From: an uncultured Pseudomonadota bacterium | GTDB taxonomy: Bacteria; Myxococcota_A; Polyangia; Fen-1088 | Direction: 5' to 3' | DNA length: 64,000 nucleotides | Assembly (NCBI GenBank): GCA_963847705.1 | Contig: CAWKBC010000030.1 | Location: 64,001-128,000, forward strand | Shown: piece after piece, positions 51,394 through 62,317 of the stretch | Layout of the letters: every line of letters starts with the position of its first letter | Position numbering within the stretch: the first letter of the stretch is position 1 | Translations under genes and position numbers: made by a program | Notes under the pieces: generated by a model | Databases searched by the model: none | Seen by the model: the letters and a program-made list of their open reading frames with translations, nothing else | What the model was told of the DNA's origin: nothing

Positions 51394-51473
51394 CGCCAGC
51401 CCCACCACGAGTTGCTGGACGCAGGCATCCGATGCAACATGCGGGCTCGATGACCGTGCTCCGATGAGGCGAG

Positions 51474-52784
51474 ATGCCATCGTCAAATAAACGACCACGG
51501 GTCCTGCTGATCGCCGAGGCGGCGCACCCTGATTGGACGAGTGTGCCGCTCGTGGGGTGGTCTCACAGCAGGGCCATTGCCAGTCTCACGGACGCTCATG
51601 TCGTCACCCAGATCCGAAACCGGGAGGCGTTCCAGCGGGCAGGCCTTCGCGACGACGTGGATTTCACGGCCATCGATTCTGAGCCGGTGGCGCGACCGCT
51701 CTGGGCCGTCGATCGGGTCCTTCGGTCGGTCGGCCTCGGTTGGACTGCGTCGACGGCCCTGGGCGCTCTTCCGTATTACTACTTCGAACATCTCGTCTGG
51801 AAGCGCTTCGGCGCTCGGATCCGCGGCGGCGAGTTCTCGGTGGTCCACCGTCTCACGCCCCTTTCGCCCACCACGCCCAGCCTCCTCGCCGCACGCTGCC
51901 ACGCGGCCGACATTCCATTCGTGTGGGGCCCGCTCAACGGCGGTGTCCCCTGGCCGAAACAGTTCGGCGACGTTCGCCGTGCGGAGGGGGAGTGGCTCTC
52001 TTACGTTCGCGACGCCTACCGGCTCCTGCCCGGGTATCGCTCGACGCGCGCCCAGGCCGCGGCCATCATCGTCGGGTCGCTCGCCACCCGGGATCAGATG
52101 CCTGCGGCTGTCCGGGACAAGTGCGTTTACATCCCGGAAAATGCCATCGACCCGGCCCGGTTCAACTCGCGCGTCGATCGGCCCCCGACCAGACCGCTGC
52201 GGGTCGCCTTCGTCGGGCGCCTGGTCCCGTACAAAGGAGCCGACATGCTGATCGAGGCCTGTGCCCCGCTCGCGCGCGCCGGTCTGGTCGAGCTCGACAT
52301 CATCGGCGACGGTCCCGAGATGCCGCACCTTCGGGGGCTGGTCCAGAAGCTGGAGATCGGCCCCTGGGTCAAGCTCGACGGGCAGATCAGCAACGCCGTT
52401 CTGCAGGATCGCCTGGTGGGCTCCGACGTCTTTGGATTCCCCAGCATTCGTGAGTTTGGCGGAGGGGTCGTGCTCGAAGCGATGGCCCTCGGGCTCGCGC
52501 CCATCGTCGTCGACTACGCCGGTCCCGCCGAGCTGGTGAGCGACGCTACCGCCTTTCGGGTCCCGCTCGGCTCTCGCGCCGAGATCATCGCGGGCTTCGC
52601 GGCCATCCTGGGCAGAGTGGCGGCGGAACCCGAGCTGGCCCGAGCCATGGGGGAGCGGGCGCGAAAGCGGGTGTTTTCGCTCTTCACGTGGGCTCACAAG
52701 GCGGAGCAGACCTTGGAGGTCTACCGCTGGGTGTCCGGCGAGCGATCCAAGCCGGACTTCGGGGCGCCCTTTCCCGATCCGTAG
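51474..52784 (+). CDS. GT4 glycosyltransferase
   Basis: 'SVPLVGW', 'FVGRLVPYKG', 'EFGGGVVLEAM'. Confidence 0.9.
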   Translation: MPSSNKRPRVLLIAEAAHPDWTSVPLVGWSHSRAIASLTDAHVVTQIRNREAFQRAGLRDDVDFTAIDSEPVARPLWAVDRVLRSVGLGWTASTALGALPYYYFEHLVWKRFGARIRGGEFSVVHRLTPLSPTTPSLLAARCHAADIPFVWGPLNGGVPWPKQFGDVRRAEGEWLSYVRDAYRLLPGYRSTRAQAAAIIVGSLATRDQMPAAVRDKCVYIPENAIDPARFNSRVDRPPTRPLRVAFVGRLVPYKGADMLIEACAPLARAGLVELDIIGDGPEMPHLRGLVQKLEIGPWVKLDGQISNAVLQDRLVGSDVFGFPSIREFGGGVVLEAMALGLAPIVVDYAGPAELVSDATAFRVPLGSRAEIIAGFAAILGRVAAEPELARAMGERARKRVFSLFTWAHKAEQTLEVYRWVSGERSKPDFGAPFPDP

Positions 52785-52840
52785 CGCCGGACGGGTCCAG
52801 GACGCCGGACGGGGTCAGACCAGGCGGGTCGAGCGTTGTG

Positions 52841-53650
52841 TCAGCGAGAGCGAATCATCGCCTTGACGTCGCCGATCGTCTTCTGGACCCGCCGCCAGAG
52901 CCGCTCGGCGGGCATATAGACGAGCCCCCGGAGCCGCTCATTCGGGCGCGCCTTGAAGATCGTCGAGTGGCTGGCGGTCATACCGGGTGGCGGCTCGCGG
53001 GTGTAATAATACGCTGCGAACGACTGGCGAACGTGGGGCGCCGAAGCAGAGACGGGGGCCACGCCGTGGTAGCTGACGTCGCTCGTCTCGAAAATGAGAC
53101 AACGATTCAGCTTCGGAGAGCTTCGAAAGTGGCAGGTCTTGACCTCTTTGTCCCAAAGCTCGATGTGACCGCCCCAGTCCTCCTGCCAGACGGGGTTGAG
53201 ATAGAGGAGGATGTTGAGCCGGCGGAAGAGCTTTCGGTCGTTGAGTTTGTTGAAGTCGACGTGAACATCGAGGCGGCCGCCAGGGCCCGTGAGGTGCATC
53301 CCGCCCCCCGAATACGCCTCGTCCGAGAGCAGGTTTGGAATCCCGGTAATGAACTCGAGATCCGCCAAGAACTCCGGCGACATGATCGCCTTCCCGAGCA
53401 TCGCGACGCGTTCCGGGAACTTGGACTGATCGGTCACCTGAATTTTCTTCTGTTCGTTGACGAAGTTGAACTGGAAGCCCTGCTGACCCGCCTGCTCCAA
53501 CGTCGGGTAGGCCGCCGCAATCTCCTCTGCGATTCCGGGCACGAGAAAGTCTTCGATCGCCATGTACGGAAAGGGCTGCGCGTTTCGAAACTGCTCTCGT
53601 AGACGCTCGCGATCCAGTGGCCGGATAAGGTCGTACGCTCTCGACGTCAT
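52841..53650 (-). CDS. 2OG-Fe(II) oxygenase
   Basis: 'PFPY...DF', 'GGGMH', HxD 'VHVDFN', 'RRLNILLYLN', 'SYHG', 'RQSFAAYYY'. Confidence 0.88.
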   Translation of the reverse strand: MTSRAYDLIRPLDRERLREQFRNAQPFPYMAIEDFLVPGIAEEIAAAYPTLEQAGQQGFQFNFVNEQKKIQVTDQSKFPERVAMLGKAIMSPEFLADLEFITGIPNLLSDEAYSGGGMHLTGPGGRLDVHVDFNKLNDRKLFRRLNILLYLNPVWQEDWGGHIELWDKEVKTCHFRSSPKLNRCLIFETSDVSYHGVAPVSASAPHVRQSFAAYYYTREPPPGMTASHSTIFKARPNERLRGLVYMPAERLWRRVQKTIGDVKAMIRSR

Positions 53651-53718
53651 GGCTCAACAAATAGCACGGATCTCGGCGATCTGCACCCGCTCGGGCGCGT
53701 CGCTGCGTGCGCTGCCGG

Positions 53719-54915
53719 TCAGGCTCGAGCCCGGATTGACGACAGGACGTGACGACTCAACTCCAGCCGGCGATCCGGCCGGGAATCGAGCCAGCGATCG
53801 ATGAGATCGCTGCGCGTGAGCGACACCTGGATCGAGAGCCAGGCCTCGACCGATCGCTGCGAGGATTCTTGATACCGCTGCTGGTCGTTGCCCACGGAGA
53901 GCACCGCCCGGGCCAGAGCGTCCGGGGACGACGCCGGGAACACCGTCACGCCAGGCTGACTGCCCAGGGCACGCACCATCATCGGATGGTCGGAGATCAG
54001 CAAGGGCGTCCGGGAGGCGAGCGCCTCGTAGGTCGTCATCGGTAGGCCCTCGGGATATTCGTGGCGACTCGGGACCACCACCAGGTGGTGGGTGCGCATC
54101 TGGTGAAACACCTCGCGTTGCGGAATCCGACCGAGGAACCGGGTCTCCGCCCGCACGCCCAGAGCGCGAGCCATTTCTTCCATCGTCCCGTTTTCGCCGT
54201 CACCCGCGATGGTCACCTCGATGGCGCGCCCGGAAGCGCGAAGGAGGGGGATGGCCCTGATCAGATCACCAACCCCCTTCGCCTCGGAGACTGCCCCGGC
54301 GAAAAAGATCTTCAGCGGCCCCTCCCGATCCGGAAACGTCTTGGCGGGCCAGTCCTGGGGGCGGTTCTGTGGGGGCCAGTCCCAGGGGAGGATCTTTTCG
54401 GGGGCGACGCCGATCCTCGCCAGATCCGTGGAGGCGGGGATGTTGTGGTTCGCCACAAAGTCGATGGCCGGCGAGTTGAGCAATCGAACCAGAGCAGCCC
54501 GCTCCCACCGTCCCTTGATCGATAGCCTTTGCCCGAAGCTGTCGGCGAACAGCGGCAGGACGCGGGCCCCTCGGGCCAGGCCCAAGGCAATCGCCGGGAG
54601 ATGGGGGGTGAGCACCAGAAGGTGGGTTGGACGCAGCCTCTCCAGGTACGCGCAGAGCACAAAGCTCTGCGAGCGTCTGTACCGACCGAGCCCGATCGCG
54701 CGGACACCGTTGGGGAGAACCTCGTCGCCCGGGGGCGCCGGGAGACAGATCACCGTCACATCCCCGCCCGCGAGCAGCGATGCGGCGTGCTCGACGGAGT
54801 GGCGTTGACTGTTGTAGGTCTCCTCGCCCCCCGCCGCAAAGCGAAGCACCGTTTCCCGGTAGTCGCCGTACTGCACGAAAACGACGTGCCGTCTCCGGGC
54901 AGCCCCCCAGCTCAT
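53719..54915 (-). CDS. GT4 glycosyltransferase
   Basis: 'FAG...KG', 'VVPSRHEYPEGLPMTTYEAL'. Confidence 0.88.
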   Translation of the reverse strand: MSWGAARRRHVVFVQYGDYRETVLRFAAGGEETYNSQRHSVEHAASLLAGGDVTVICLPAPPGDEVLPNGVRAIGLGRYRRSQSFVLCAYLERLRPTHLLVLTPHLPAIALGLARGARVLPLFADSFGQRLSIKGRWERAALVRLLNSPAIDFVANHNIPASTDLARIGVAPEKILPWDWPPQNRPQDWPAKTFPDREGPLKIFFAGAVSEAKGVGDLIRAIPLLRASGRAIEVTIAGDGENGTMEEMARALGVRAETRFLGRIPQREVFHQMRTHHLVVVPSRHEYPEGLPMTTYEALASRTPLLISDHPMMVRALGSQPGVTVFPASSPDALARAVLSVGNDQQRYQESSQRSVEAWLSIQVSLTRSDLIDRWLDSRPDRRLELSRHVLSSIRARA

Positions 54916-55002
54916 GAATGGACGGTACCATCTCGACGCACCTCGAGGTAGTCGGGACGGTCGTTCGGCCGCCGCTCTGGGCGCTGTCGGCGTCTGATCG
55001 GG

Positions 55003-56373
55003 CTAACGGAGATGGATGTTGGGCAGCACGCGCTTGACGAGGATCCCGGCGACCATTGCGGCCCCGAAGATCGCGAATGCTCGGAACTCGTCTCTCAGCC
55101 TGAGGATGCCGAGACTCCAGCACTTCGGCCAGACCGCGAAGAACGTGGAGAGCTCGACGAGCACGGTCCCCCAGATGACACCTTTGACACCCGCCAGGTA
55201 CCACCCGAGCGGCATGCAGATCAGGGACGCCACCAGTCGCGTCACGCTCCGCAGAAAGCCATAGCGGGTGTGCCCGAGCGAGAACAAGCAGGTCTCGCTG
55301 GGGCTCACGATCAGGCTGATCGCAGAGCGGATGCAGAGGATCTGCAAAATCCAGGCGGCGTTCGCATAGCGGCTGTCCCAGAGCAGGTGGACGACCCACC
55401 CGCCGACGCCAGCCAGAAACCCGGTCGAGCCCATCGAGACGAGGTCGAGCCGCTTGCGCAGCCGGTAGTAGAACGTCGAGATGCTCTCGGGATTCTTTCG
55501 ACCCGCTTCGCTGAGGACAGGGTACATGACCCCGTTCACGAGTCGGAGAATCAGCGCGCCGATCGCCTCACTCAGGCTCATGGCGACCGAGTAGACCCCG
55601 AGCCAGGCAACACCCAGGAAGCGCCCCAGGAGGATGCGATCGCTCTGCCCGCCGAAGAAGGTGGCGGCGCTGCTGCCGAAGACCCAACGGCCAAACCGCC
55701 TGAGCTCCTCGAGCGCCTCTCGCTCCCACCGGAAGCGGTTGCGGTACGGCACCGGCAGGAAGTGCGAAGCGATGGTGTAAAAGATCGACCCTATCGCGCC
55801 GCCGATCACCAGAGCCCAGGGGCTGGGATACAGGCGCGCCAGGATGATGGTGGCGGGGACGGTGATCAGAGTCTGCGCGAGCTCGAGGCCATTGATCCAG
55901 CCGAGGCGCAGCTTGCGCCGCAGCGAAAACACAGATGTCGAATGCAGCCCGGAGAAGGCCACCTGCGCGGCCGCCACGCAGAGGAGAGGCGTGAGCTGCG
56001 GCTCCCGATAGAACCAGGAGATCGGTTTGGCGAGCGCAATCATCACCAGCGCCAGGACCGGACCGCGCACCGCCTGGACCGTGAACGCGGTGTTGAGGAA
56101 GCTCTCGTCATCACCGCGCTTGCTCTGGATGATGCACGGGCTGACCGCGACGTCGGAGAGCATGAACAGGCCGGTCATGAACAGGGAGACGATCGAGGAG
56201 ATTCCGAAGGCCGCCGGGAACAGCAGCCGGGTCAGCACCAGGTTGCTGCCGAGGCGGAGCACCTGCTGCGCGCCGTAGCCGGCGACCTCGAACAGGGAGC
56301 CGCGCAGCAGACGAGGCCGAAGGTCCGAGACAACCGCCGGGGCTGGCTCTTCAGCCGACGCCGTCTCGATCAC
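55003..56373 (-). CDS. wzx: Oligosaccharide flippase
   Basis: 'LTRLLFPAAFG', 'SD...IIQ', 'DRILLG', 'GVYSVA'; about 12 TMs. Confidence 0.9.
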   Translation of the reverse strand: MIETASAEEPAPAVVSDLRPRLLRGSLFEVAGYGAQQVLRLGSNLVLTRLLFPAAFGISSIVSLFMTGLFMLSDVAVSPCIIQSKRGDDESFLNTAFTVQAVRGPVLALVMIALAKPISWFYREPQLTPLLCVAAAQVAFSGLHSTSVFSLRRKLRLGWINGLELAQTLITVPATIILARLYPSPWALVIGGAIGSIFYTIASHFLPVPYRNRFRWEREALEELRRFGRWVFGSSAATFFGGQSDRILLGRFLGVAWLGVYSVAMSLSEAIGALILRLVNGVMYPVLSEAGRKNPESISTFYYRLRKRLDLVSMGSTGFLAGVGGWVVHLLWDSRYANAAWILQILCIRSAISLIVSPSETCLFSLGHTRYGFLRSVTRLVASLICMPLGWYLAGVKGVIWGTVLVELSTFFAVWPKCWSLGILRLRDEFRAFAIFGAAMVAGILVKRVLPNIHLR

Positions 56374-56606
56374 GGGCGCGTCTCGAACCTGATCGCCGTC
56401 CTGACGACATCGCGCAGGGGCAAGCGAAAGTTCAGGAGCGAACGGCAGCTCGGGATGAGATAGCTGCCACGGAAGGTCAAGTTCATCTGGTGTTGCGAGT
56501 CAGTGCGAGCATCACTATAGCTGGCGGCGCGCCAGATAGGAAGCGCGGTGGCAGCGAGCCGGCGATCTGCCGTCGCTGTCCGGGAGACGCCACCACCGCT
56601 CGAGAA

Positions 56607-58031
56607 TCAAGCGGGTTCCGCGCCGCGCGACCGCCAGTTCAGCCTCAGACCGTCAATCGCATCGGGGCGCTGCTCCCCCTCCAGGCCTCGCGTCACGATT
56701 CGGGAGAGCGCGGCGACCATGAAGGTGACGTACGGGTCGATGCTCGAGTTCGGAATCAGCTCGACCATGTAGACCGCTCCCATCAGTGCGAGGCAAGCGA
56801 CCAAGGTTCGATCCTCGGGGTCGGTCAGCCGGGCCACCGCTCTTCGACTGCGCCAGACGGGATAAAGCAACATCCCGAAGATGCTCACGAAGCCGACCAC
56901 TCCGTGGATGCCCAGCTCGATGGCCCACAAACCGTCGGTGGTGGACCGGTTGGCGCCGGTGACGGGATCCAGCCGAAAGGAACGGGCGCCCCCTCCCCAG
57001 CCAAAGACCGGACGCTGAAGCGCCCGGTTCATGACGTAAGCCTCCTCCTGAAGGCGCAGACCGAGCGAGCCCGCTCGATCCTGACCAAATTTGTCCACGA
57101 CGAACGCGTTGATGTCATCGACAGGAACCAGATCGAAGGCGCGCGCCACCGGATAGCTGAAGGCGAGGAATGCGACGATCGTGGCGATCTTGGTTTGGGC
57201 CTTGACGCTCGCAAACCAGATCAGCGGAACCACCAAGACCGCGTACATCAGCGCGCCCAGCGAGTGGCAGAGGATCAGGATCACGACCAGATAGATCGCG
57301 ACGGCGCGCCCCTTGAAGCCGAGCACCCGCGCTCCCGTCTGGCCGAGCGCGGCCGCGGCCATGCTGCTGAGGGAGAGGAAAAACGCCAGGATGAGGCCGT
57401 GGTTCATGAAGACCATGGGCCGATAGTGGTTGCCCCTGATGGCCTGTATGAAGTTGGTTGGGTAGTACCCGTAGAACCACATGTTCAACTGGGGACTGAA
57501 GATCATTTCAACGATGGCGAGGATGGTATAGATCATCGCGCCGCTCACCAGGATGACGAAGACGGTCCTGAGATCCTTTGAAGTCTTGATCAACGTCCGG
57601 CCCATGAATATCGACGGCCACCAATAGAGGATCATGCCCATGGTGCCGCTCATGAATGTAAAGAAGGAAAGCCCGGGTACGAACCCTCGCGGGAAAATGA
57701 GCGGATCGCGATTGGTCAAACAAGAACCCAGATAGCCCAAGATTCTGAGCACAATGAACAGATCCAGGCCCCTCCCTGGCTTCGCACGAGCAAAGCTCCC
57801 CCGCCAAAATATCAGACAGCCGATGAGCGCAGTCCATTGCGGAATGATGCTCTTGTCAATCGAGGGGAGCCCGGGCACGTCGAATCCGAACCCGGACGGA
57901 ATGAACATCTGACTCCCGATGAGCACGATCGGCACCGACACCGCGGGCCGCCAGCGAGACACGATCAGAAGCGAGATGGGCAGGGAGAGGACGAGCGCCG
58001 CCCAGGCCAATAAATTGGGCGTGCCCTCCAC
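56607..58031 (-). CDS. wzy: Wzy-like polymerase / O-antigen-ligase-family membrane protein
   Basis: About 12 TMs, 'YRPMVF..H', 'RAGSL..R', 'RPVFGWG', 'TDGLW...GVVG' Wzy_C-like loop. Confidence 0.7.
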   Translation of the reverse strand: MEGTPNLLAWAALVLSLPISLLIVSRWRPAVSVPIVLIGSQMFIPSGFGFDVPGLPSIDKSIIPQWTALIGCLIFWRGSFARAKPGRGLDLFIVLRILGYLGSCLTNRDPLIFPRGFVPGLSFFTFMSGTMGMILYWWPSIFMGRTLIKTSKDLRTVFVILVSGAMIYTILAIVEMIFSPQLNMWFYGYYPTNFIQAIRGNHYRPMVFMNHGLILAFFLSLSSMAAAALGQTGARVLGFKGRAVAIYLVVILILCHSLGALMYAVLVVPLIWFASVKAQTKIATIVAFLAFSYPVARAFDLVPVDDINAFVVDKFGQDRAGSLGLRLQEEAYVMNRALQRPVFGWGGGARSFRLDPVTGANRSTTDGLWAIELGIHGVVGFVSIFGMLLYPVWRSRRAVARLTDPEDRTLVACLALMGAVYMVELIPNSSIDPYVTFMVAALSRIVTRGLEGEQRPDAIDGLRLNWRSRGAEPA

Positions 58032-58169
58032 CGAACTAGCCTCCCGCCGCCTCGTCGACTGGCCCGTCCGACGAGCGGAGCAGCAGGATCGCGGGTCCGG
58101 TGCGCGTCGGAGCTTCGTCGCGGGCGTTTGACCGAACGCCCCGGCGCAGGATGTCCGGCGACCGTCGGT

Positions 58170-59432
58170 TCAACGGCCGTCCCCTGCGTCGCCCTCCAGA
58201 AGGACCGCCCCGAACAGCTCGCGGAGCTTGCCCGCCTCGACCGTGGCATCGTGGAAGGTGCGGGTCCTCGTCTGCCCGTTCCGGCCCAGGGCCAGCAGAT
58301 CGGCCGGTGCCGACGTCAACGCCTGCTGCATGGCATCAGCCAGGCCCTCGACGTCCCCGGCCGAGATCAACCAGCCGTTGGCGCCGTTCTGGACCAGCTC
58401 GGGGATGCCGGCGATGCAGGTCGAGATCACCGGCCGGTTCAGCGCGAAGGCCTCCATGATGACCACGGGGAGTCCCTCGGCGAAGCTCGCCACCACCAGG
58501 GCCCTGGAATCGAGCAGCAGCTCGCGAACCCGCGGGTTGTCGACCCAGCCGAGGATCCGCACCGTGTCCTGCAGTCCTCTCTCGCGGATCTCTGCTTCGA
58601 TGGGGGCGCGCAGGGGGCCGTCGCCCGCCAGGAGGACCTCGAAGGTCACCCCGCGCTGAGCGAGGATCTGGGCAGCGCGAACGACGAGGATCTGCCCCTT
58701 CTCTTCGCTGAGGCGCCCGATGCAGAGCAGACGGGGGCGCTCGGTGATCGGTTGAGCGGTTCCCTCGAAGTAGCCGCGATCGAGCGCGCAGCGAACGATC
58801 TGTATCTTCGACCAATCGGAAAACCGAGACCATCGAAAGAGCTGGCTGCGGCAAAATGAGGAAATCGCCACCACGAATCGAGCGTCGTGAATCTTCTCTC
58901 GAAGTGCCAAACGGGTCGGACTGTCGAATTCTTCAGGTCCGTGAACGGTGAAGCTGTACGTCGTGCCGCCCAGCTGGCCCGAAAGCATCGCGACCGTCGT
59001 CGCGTTGGTGCCGAAATGAGCATGCACGTGCTGGAGCCCCTGCTGTTGGAGCCATCTGGCCAGGAGACAGGCCTCGACGAAATAGGCGACGTGCTTCCAC
59101 ACGCCGGCGTCCGATCGGCGGCCCAGCCTGATCGCCCGAGCGAACGCGCCGACGAATTTCCGGGGGCGCCCGAACGCACGCCCCAGACAGGCCAGCGCGA
59201 TCTCACCGGGGCGCGCGCGGATGAGGTAGCGGGTGCGAGCGACCTCCTCGGCGTCCTGGGGGTCGACCGACTTGGTGTCGTCGGCCCGGATCGCGATCCG
59301 GACGACCTCCACCCCGGCCGCCTCCAGCGCGAGGATCTCGCGCCGGATGAAGCTGTGACTCAGCTTCGGATACTGGTTGATGAAATAGGCGATCCGGATC
59401 TTCGTGGGCTGCCCGGAGGACGCGCCACTCAT
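58170..59432 (-). CDS. GT4 glycosyltransferase (WcaL-like)
   Basis: 'YPKLSHSFIRRE', 'HVHAHFG', 'TVHGPEEFD', 'GRLSEEKG', 'EGLPVVIMEA'. Confidence 0.9.
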   Translation of the reverse strand: MSGASSGQPTKIRIAYFINQYPKLSHSFIRREILALEAAGVEVVRIAIRADDTKSVDPQDAEEVARTRYLIRARPGEIALACLGRAFGRPRKFVGAFARAIRLGRRSDAGVWKHVAYFVEACLLARWLQQQGLQHVHAHFGTNATTVAMLSGQLGGTTYSFTVHGPEEFDSPTRLALREKIHDARFVVAISSFCRSQLFRWSRFSDWSKIQIVRCALDRGYFEGTAQPITERPRLLCIGRLSEEKGQILVVRAAQILAQRGVTFEVLLAGDGPLRAPIEAEIRERGLQDTVRILGWVDNPRVRELLLDSRALVVASFAEGLPVVIMEAFALNRPVISTCIAGIPELVQNGANGWLISAGDVEGLADAMQQALTSAPADLLALGRNGQTRTRTFHDATVEAGKLRELFGAVLLEGDAGDGR

Positions 59433-59866
59433 CACGCGGTGACCAGTCGAACCAGACGGTCACTGCCGCAGGTGACGTTGATGATTGCGTCGAACGAGGC
59501 AGAAATCGCCTCCAAGAAAACGTCGCCGCAGGATTTCGTTCGTTGAACGAGGGACGTGCAGAAAGGCCTCGCTGCCCGATTCGATGAAAAAGCCGCTCCG
59601 CGAAGCGGACGCGAGCGAGTTGTGACTTGCAAGAAGTCGACCGCCGCGCAATCCGGGCTCCGGTAACGGGCCGTCTCGAGGCGCGACTGGATGTAGTCCA
59701 GATCACCGGCGGCGACCCAGCAGTTCAGGTTCGGAAGTCTCGCTGGACCGCGGGCCACGTTTTCCGGACTATATGCGCTGCCACCCCGGTCCACAAGGCG
59801 CCGCGCCTTCTCCGACAATCGGAAACAATGATTCATCCGCCTGTGCGCCTCGTATCCAGGCGATCT

Positions 59867-60859
59867 ATGCTCCCGTTGGTGTCTCGCCGCTACCTTCTCG
59901 TGTCCCCCTGCCGCGACGAAGCAGAGTACTTGCAGATCACGCTCGACACCGTGGCGGCCCAGAGCGTGCGTCCGACGAAGTGGATCATCGTCGATGACGG
60001 CTCGTCCGATGCGACCCCCGAGATCCTGTCGCGCGCGGTGGCCCAGCACTCCTTCATCCAGGTCGTCCGCCGAGAGAATCGCGGTCATCGATCGGTCGGC
60101 CCTGGCGTCATCGACGCCTTTTACCACGGCCTCTCGACGGTGAACCTCGACGACTTCGACTACGTTTGCAAGTTCGATTGCGATCTGGAGATGCCTCCGC
60201 GGTATTTCGAGCGGTCGATGCAGCTCTTCGAAGAGGACCCCTGGTTGGGAACTCTGTCGGGGAAGCTGCACCTCCGCATCGGAGGTCGCGAGATCATCGA
60301 GCGAACCGGGGACGAAAACTCGGTCGGCCCCGTGAAGCTCTATCGGGTCGATTGTTTCAAGGCCATCGGAGGGTTTGTTCGGGAAGTCTGTTGGGACGGC
60401 ATCGACGGACACATGTGTCGCCTGATGGGCTGGGTTGCCCGGTCGGTCGACGATCCACTGCTCCGAATCATCCATCTTCGACAGATGGGATCGAGTCACA
60501 TCAGCCTGTGGAACGGACGGAAGCGTTGGGGACGCGGGAAATACTTCATGGGGTCGAGCCCCCTGTACATGGCTGCGGCGGGCGTCTACCGAATGGCCGA
60601 GCGTCCCTATGTGTTGAGTGGCCTCGGGATTCTCTGGGGGTATCTTCGAGCTCGACTCGAGGGGGCCGCGCGCATGGACGACATCGGATACCTGGAATTC
60701 CTGCGGCGCTACGAGCTGGAGTCACTGTTCCTCGGGAAGCGACGCACGGCCGATCGCTATCACGCCAGGATTCGGAGCCGGCCGCCGGGAAGCGCGGGTT
60801 CGCCACGTCGCCCGATCCCTGTGAAGATCGGCAGCAGCGACCGGTCGCCCGAGCACTGA
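59867..60859 (+). CDS. GT2 glycosyltransferase
   Basis: 'SPCRDE', 'WIIVDDGSSD', 'KFDCD', 'WDGID'. Start could be 59828. Confidence 0.88.
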   Translation: MLPLVSRRYLLVSPCRDEAEYLQITLDTVAAQSVRPTKWIIVDDGSSDATPEILSRAVAQHSFIQVVRRENRGHRSVGPGVIDAFYHGLSTVNLDDFDYVCKFDCDLEMPPRYFERSMQLFEEDPWLGTLSGKLHLRIGGREIIERTGDENSVGPVKLYRVDCFKAIGGFVREVCWDGIDGHMCRLMGWVARSVDDPLLRIIHLRQMGSSHISLWNGRKRWGRGKYFMGSSPLYMAAAGVYRMAERPYVLSGLGILWGYLRARLEGAARMDDIGYLEFLRRYELESLFLGKRRTADRYHARIRSRPPGSAGSPRRPIPVKIGSSDRSPEH

Positions 60860-60943
60860 CCCCGGGCACTGAGCGATCGACCTGGCGTTCGCCCTCAGGC
60901 CAATCGACCCAGGGACGGGGGCGCCTGGAACCGTCGACTCGGC

Positions 60944-62182
60944 TTGTACGCTCCGAACACTGGTAGTAGTGTTTTAGCTGTCACCGCAAGAGGTTGCAGT
61001 CTGTATACGATCACCCTCCCGATTCCCGTCCACCAGTCGCGCGAGGGGGCGATCCGGATCTTTTCGCCGCTGGCCCGTGATGTGTTGGCGCACGTTCGGT
61101 ATGTTCCGGCGCTCCGGATCATCTGTCCGACGGCCGGAAGCGCTGATGAGATCTCGGATTCTCAAGAGATCAATCTGAACGAATACCCCGGTCTGTCGTT
61201 TCGTCTCCTCCCCTGGAACGGCGGCCGAAAGAGCTGGCTCCTCAAGGCACCCGCGATCTGGTCCATTCTCGCCGAGGAGGCACGCCGAGCGGATGTGTGG
61301 CACACCGCCTGCGGTTGCAATCTATGGGACCTGACGACGATGAGCTACCAGGCAGGCGTGAGGTATGCCAAAGGGCTCAAAATCCTCTGCCTGGACAGCG
61401 ATCCGGCGTCGATGTTGGAGCAGAGCGGCTTGCGCGGGGCCTGGAAGGGAAAGTTGGTGCGGACACGATACGAACGTTGGGCCGCCCAGGCAGACGCGAC
61501 GATCTTTGTCGGCAGTGGCGTGTCGGAGAGCTACGGTCGTTTTGCGCGACGCTCGATTACGACGAATGCGGTCTGGCTCCAGAAGGGCGAGCTCGCCGAT
61601 GAGGCCGCAACGGCGGCAAAGTACGAAGATCCGCAGGAAACGGTTCGAATGGCAATTCCTTCTCGTCTCACCGCCTGGAAGGGCGTGGATGACGTGATCC
61701 TCGCCCTACCAGAGATTGCCGGCCAATTGGGGCCCGTTCAACTCGATGTGATCGGTGAAGGCCCCGAGAAGCCTCGACTCGTCTCGTTGGCGAAAGAATC
61801 GAAGCACATGATACGGTTTCTGCCTTCCGTGCCATACGGGCAGCCGTTCTTCACGTTGTTGCGTTCGTATCACGTGATTTTGGCCCCGACCAGAGCCCTT
61901 GAAGAAGCGAGGATCGTCTATGACGCGGCGGCCTCGGGTTGCGTGCTGATTCACTCCGCGACGAAAACGCTGGGCTCCGCGTTGCAGGGGATTACGCGGC
62001 GGTGGACCTTTCAGCCCGCGAGTCAACAATCCATTCAGAGCGCAATCCTCGCCGCATTCAGGGCCCGTTCACAATGGGGCGCGGCTGCACTGGAGGGCAT
62101 CGCGTATATGAAAGAGCGCACCATCGACGAGATGCATGCAATCCGCTCTCGTTTCGTGAACAACATCGTCGCCTCGATCTGA
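60944..62182 (+). CDS. Divergent GT4-like glycosyltransferase; start uncertain
   Basis: 'SRL..WKG', 'IGEGPE', 'EEARIVYDAAASG' as a variant of EX7E. Confidence 0.75.
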   Translation: MYAPNTGSSVLAVTARGCSLYTITLPIPVHQSREGAIRIFSPLARDVLAHVRYVPALRIICPTAGSADEISDSQEINLNEYPGLSFRLLPWNGGRKSWLLKAPAIWSILAEEARRADVWHTACGCNLWDLTTMSYQAGVRYAKGLKILCLDSDPASMLEQSGLRGAWKGKLVRTRYERWAAQADATIFVGSGVSESYGRFARRSITTNAVWLQKGELADEAATAAKYEDPQETVRMAIPSRLTAWKGVDDVILALPEIAGQLGPVQLDVIGEGPEKPRLVSLAKESKHMIRFLPSVPYGQPFFTLLRSYHVILAPTRALEEARIVYDAAASGCVLIHSATKTLGSALQGITRRWTFQPASQQSIQSAILAAFRARSQWGAAALEGIAYMKERTIDEMHAIRSRFVNNIVASI

Positions 62183-62317
62183 CCGCCTGGCGAGAAGCTG
62201 ACGCCGTCGGCCGCCGGGGACAGGGGCACCGCCCGCCGCTCGCCGCAAGAATCTCCCCGGGTGGCAGGACAGGACGGGCGGGCGACGGGCAGCTGTTTGC
62301 CAGGCGCCGCGGCGCGC

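Noticed and set aside
59436-59827. Possible ncRNA or gene in the ~390-bp divergent gap (and the hairpin at ~56442-56467)
   Set aside because: Only short hairpins with no recognisable RNA family motif; the overlapping ORFs are antisense shadows or extensions.
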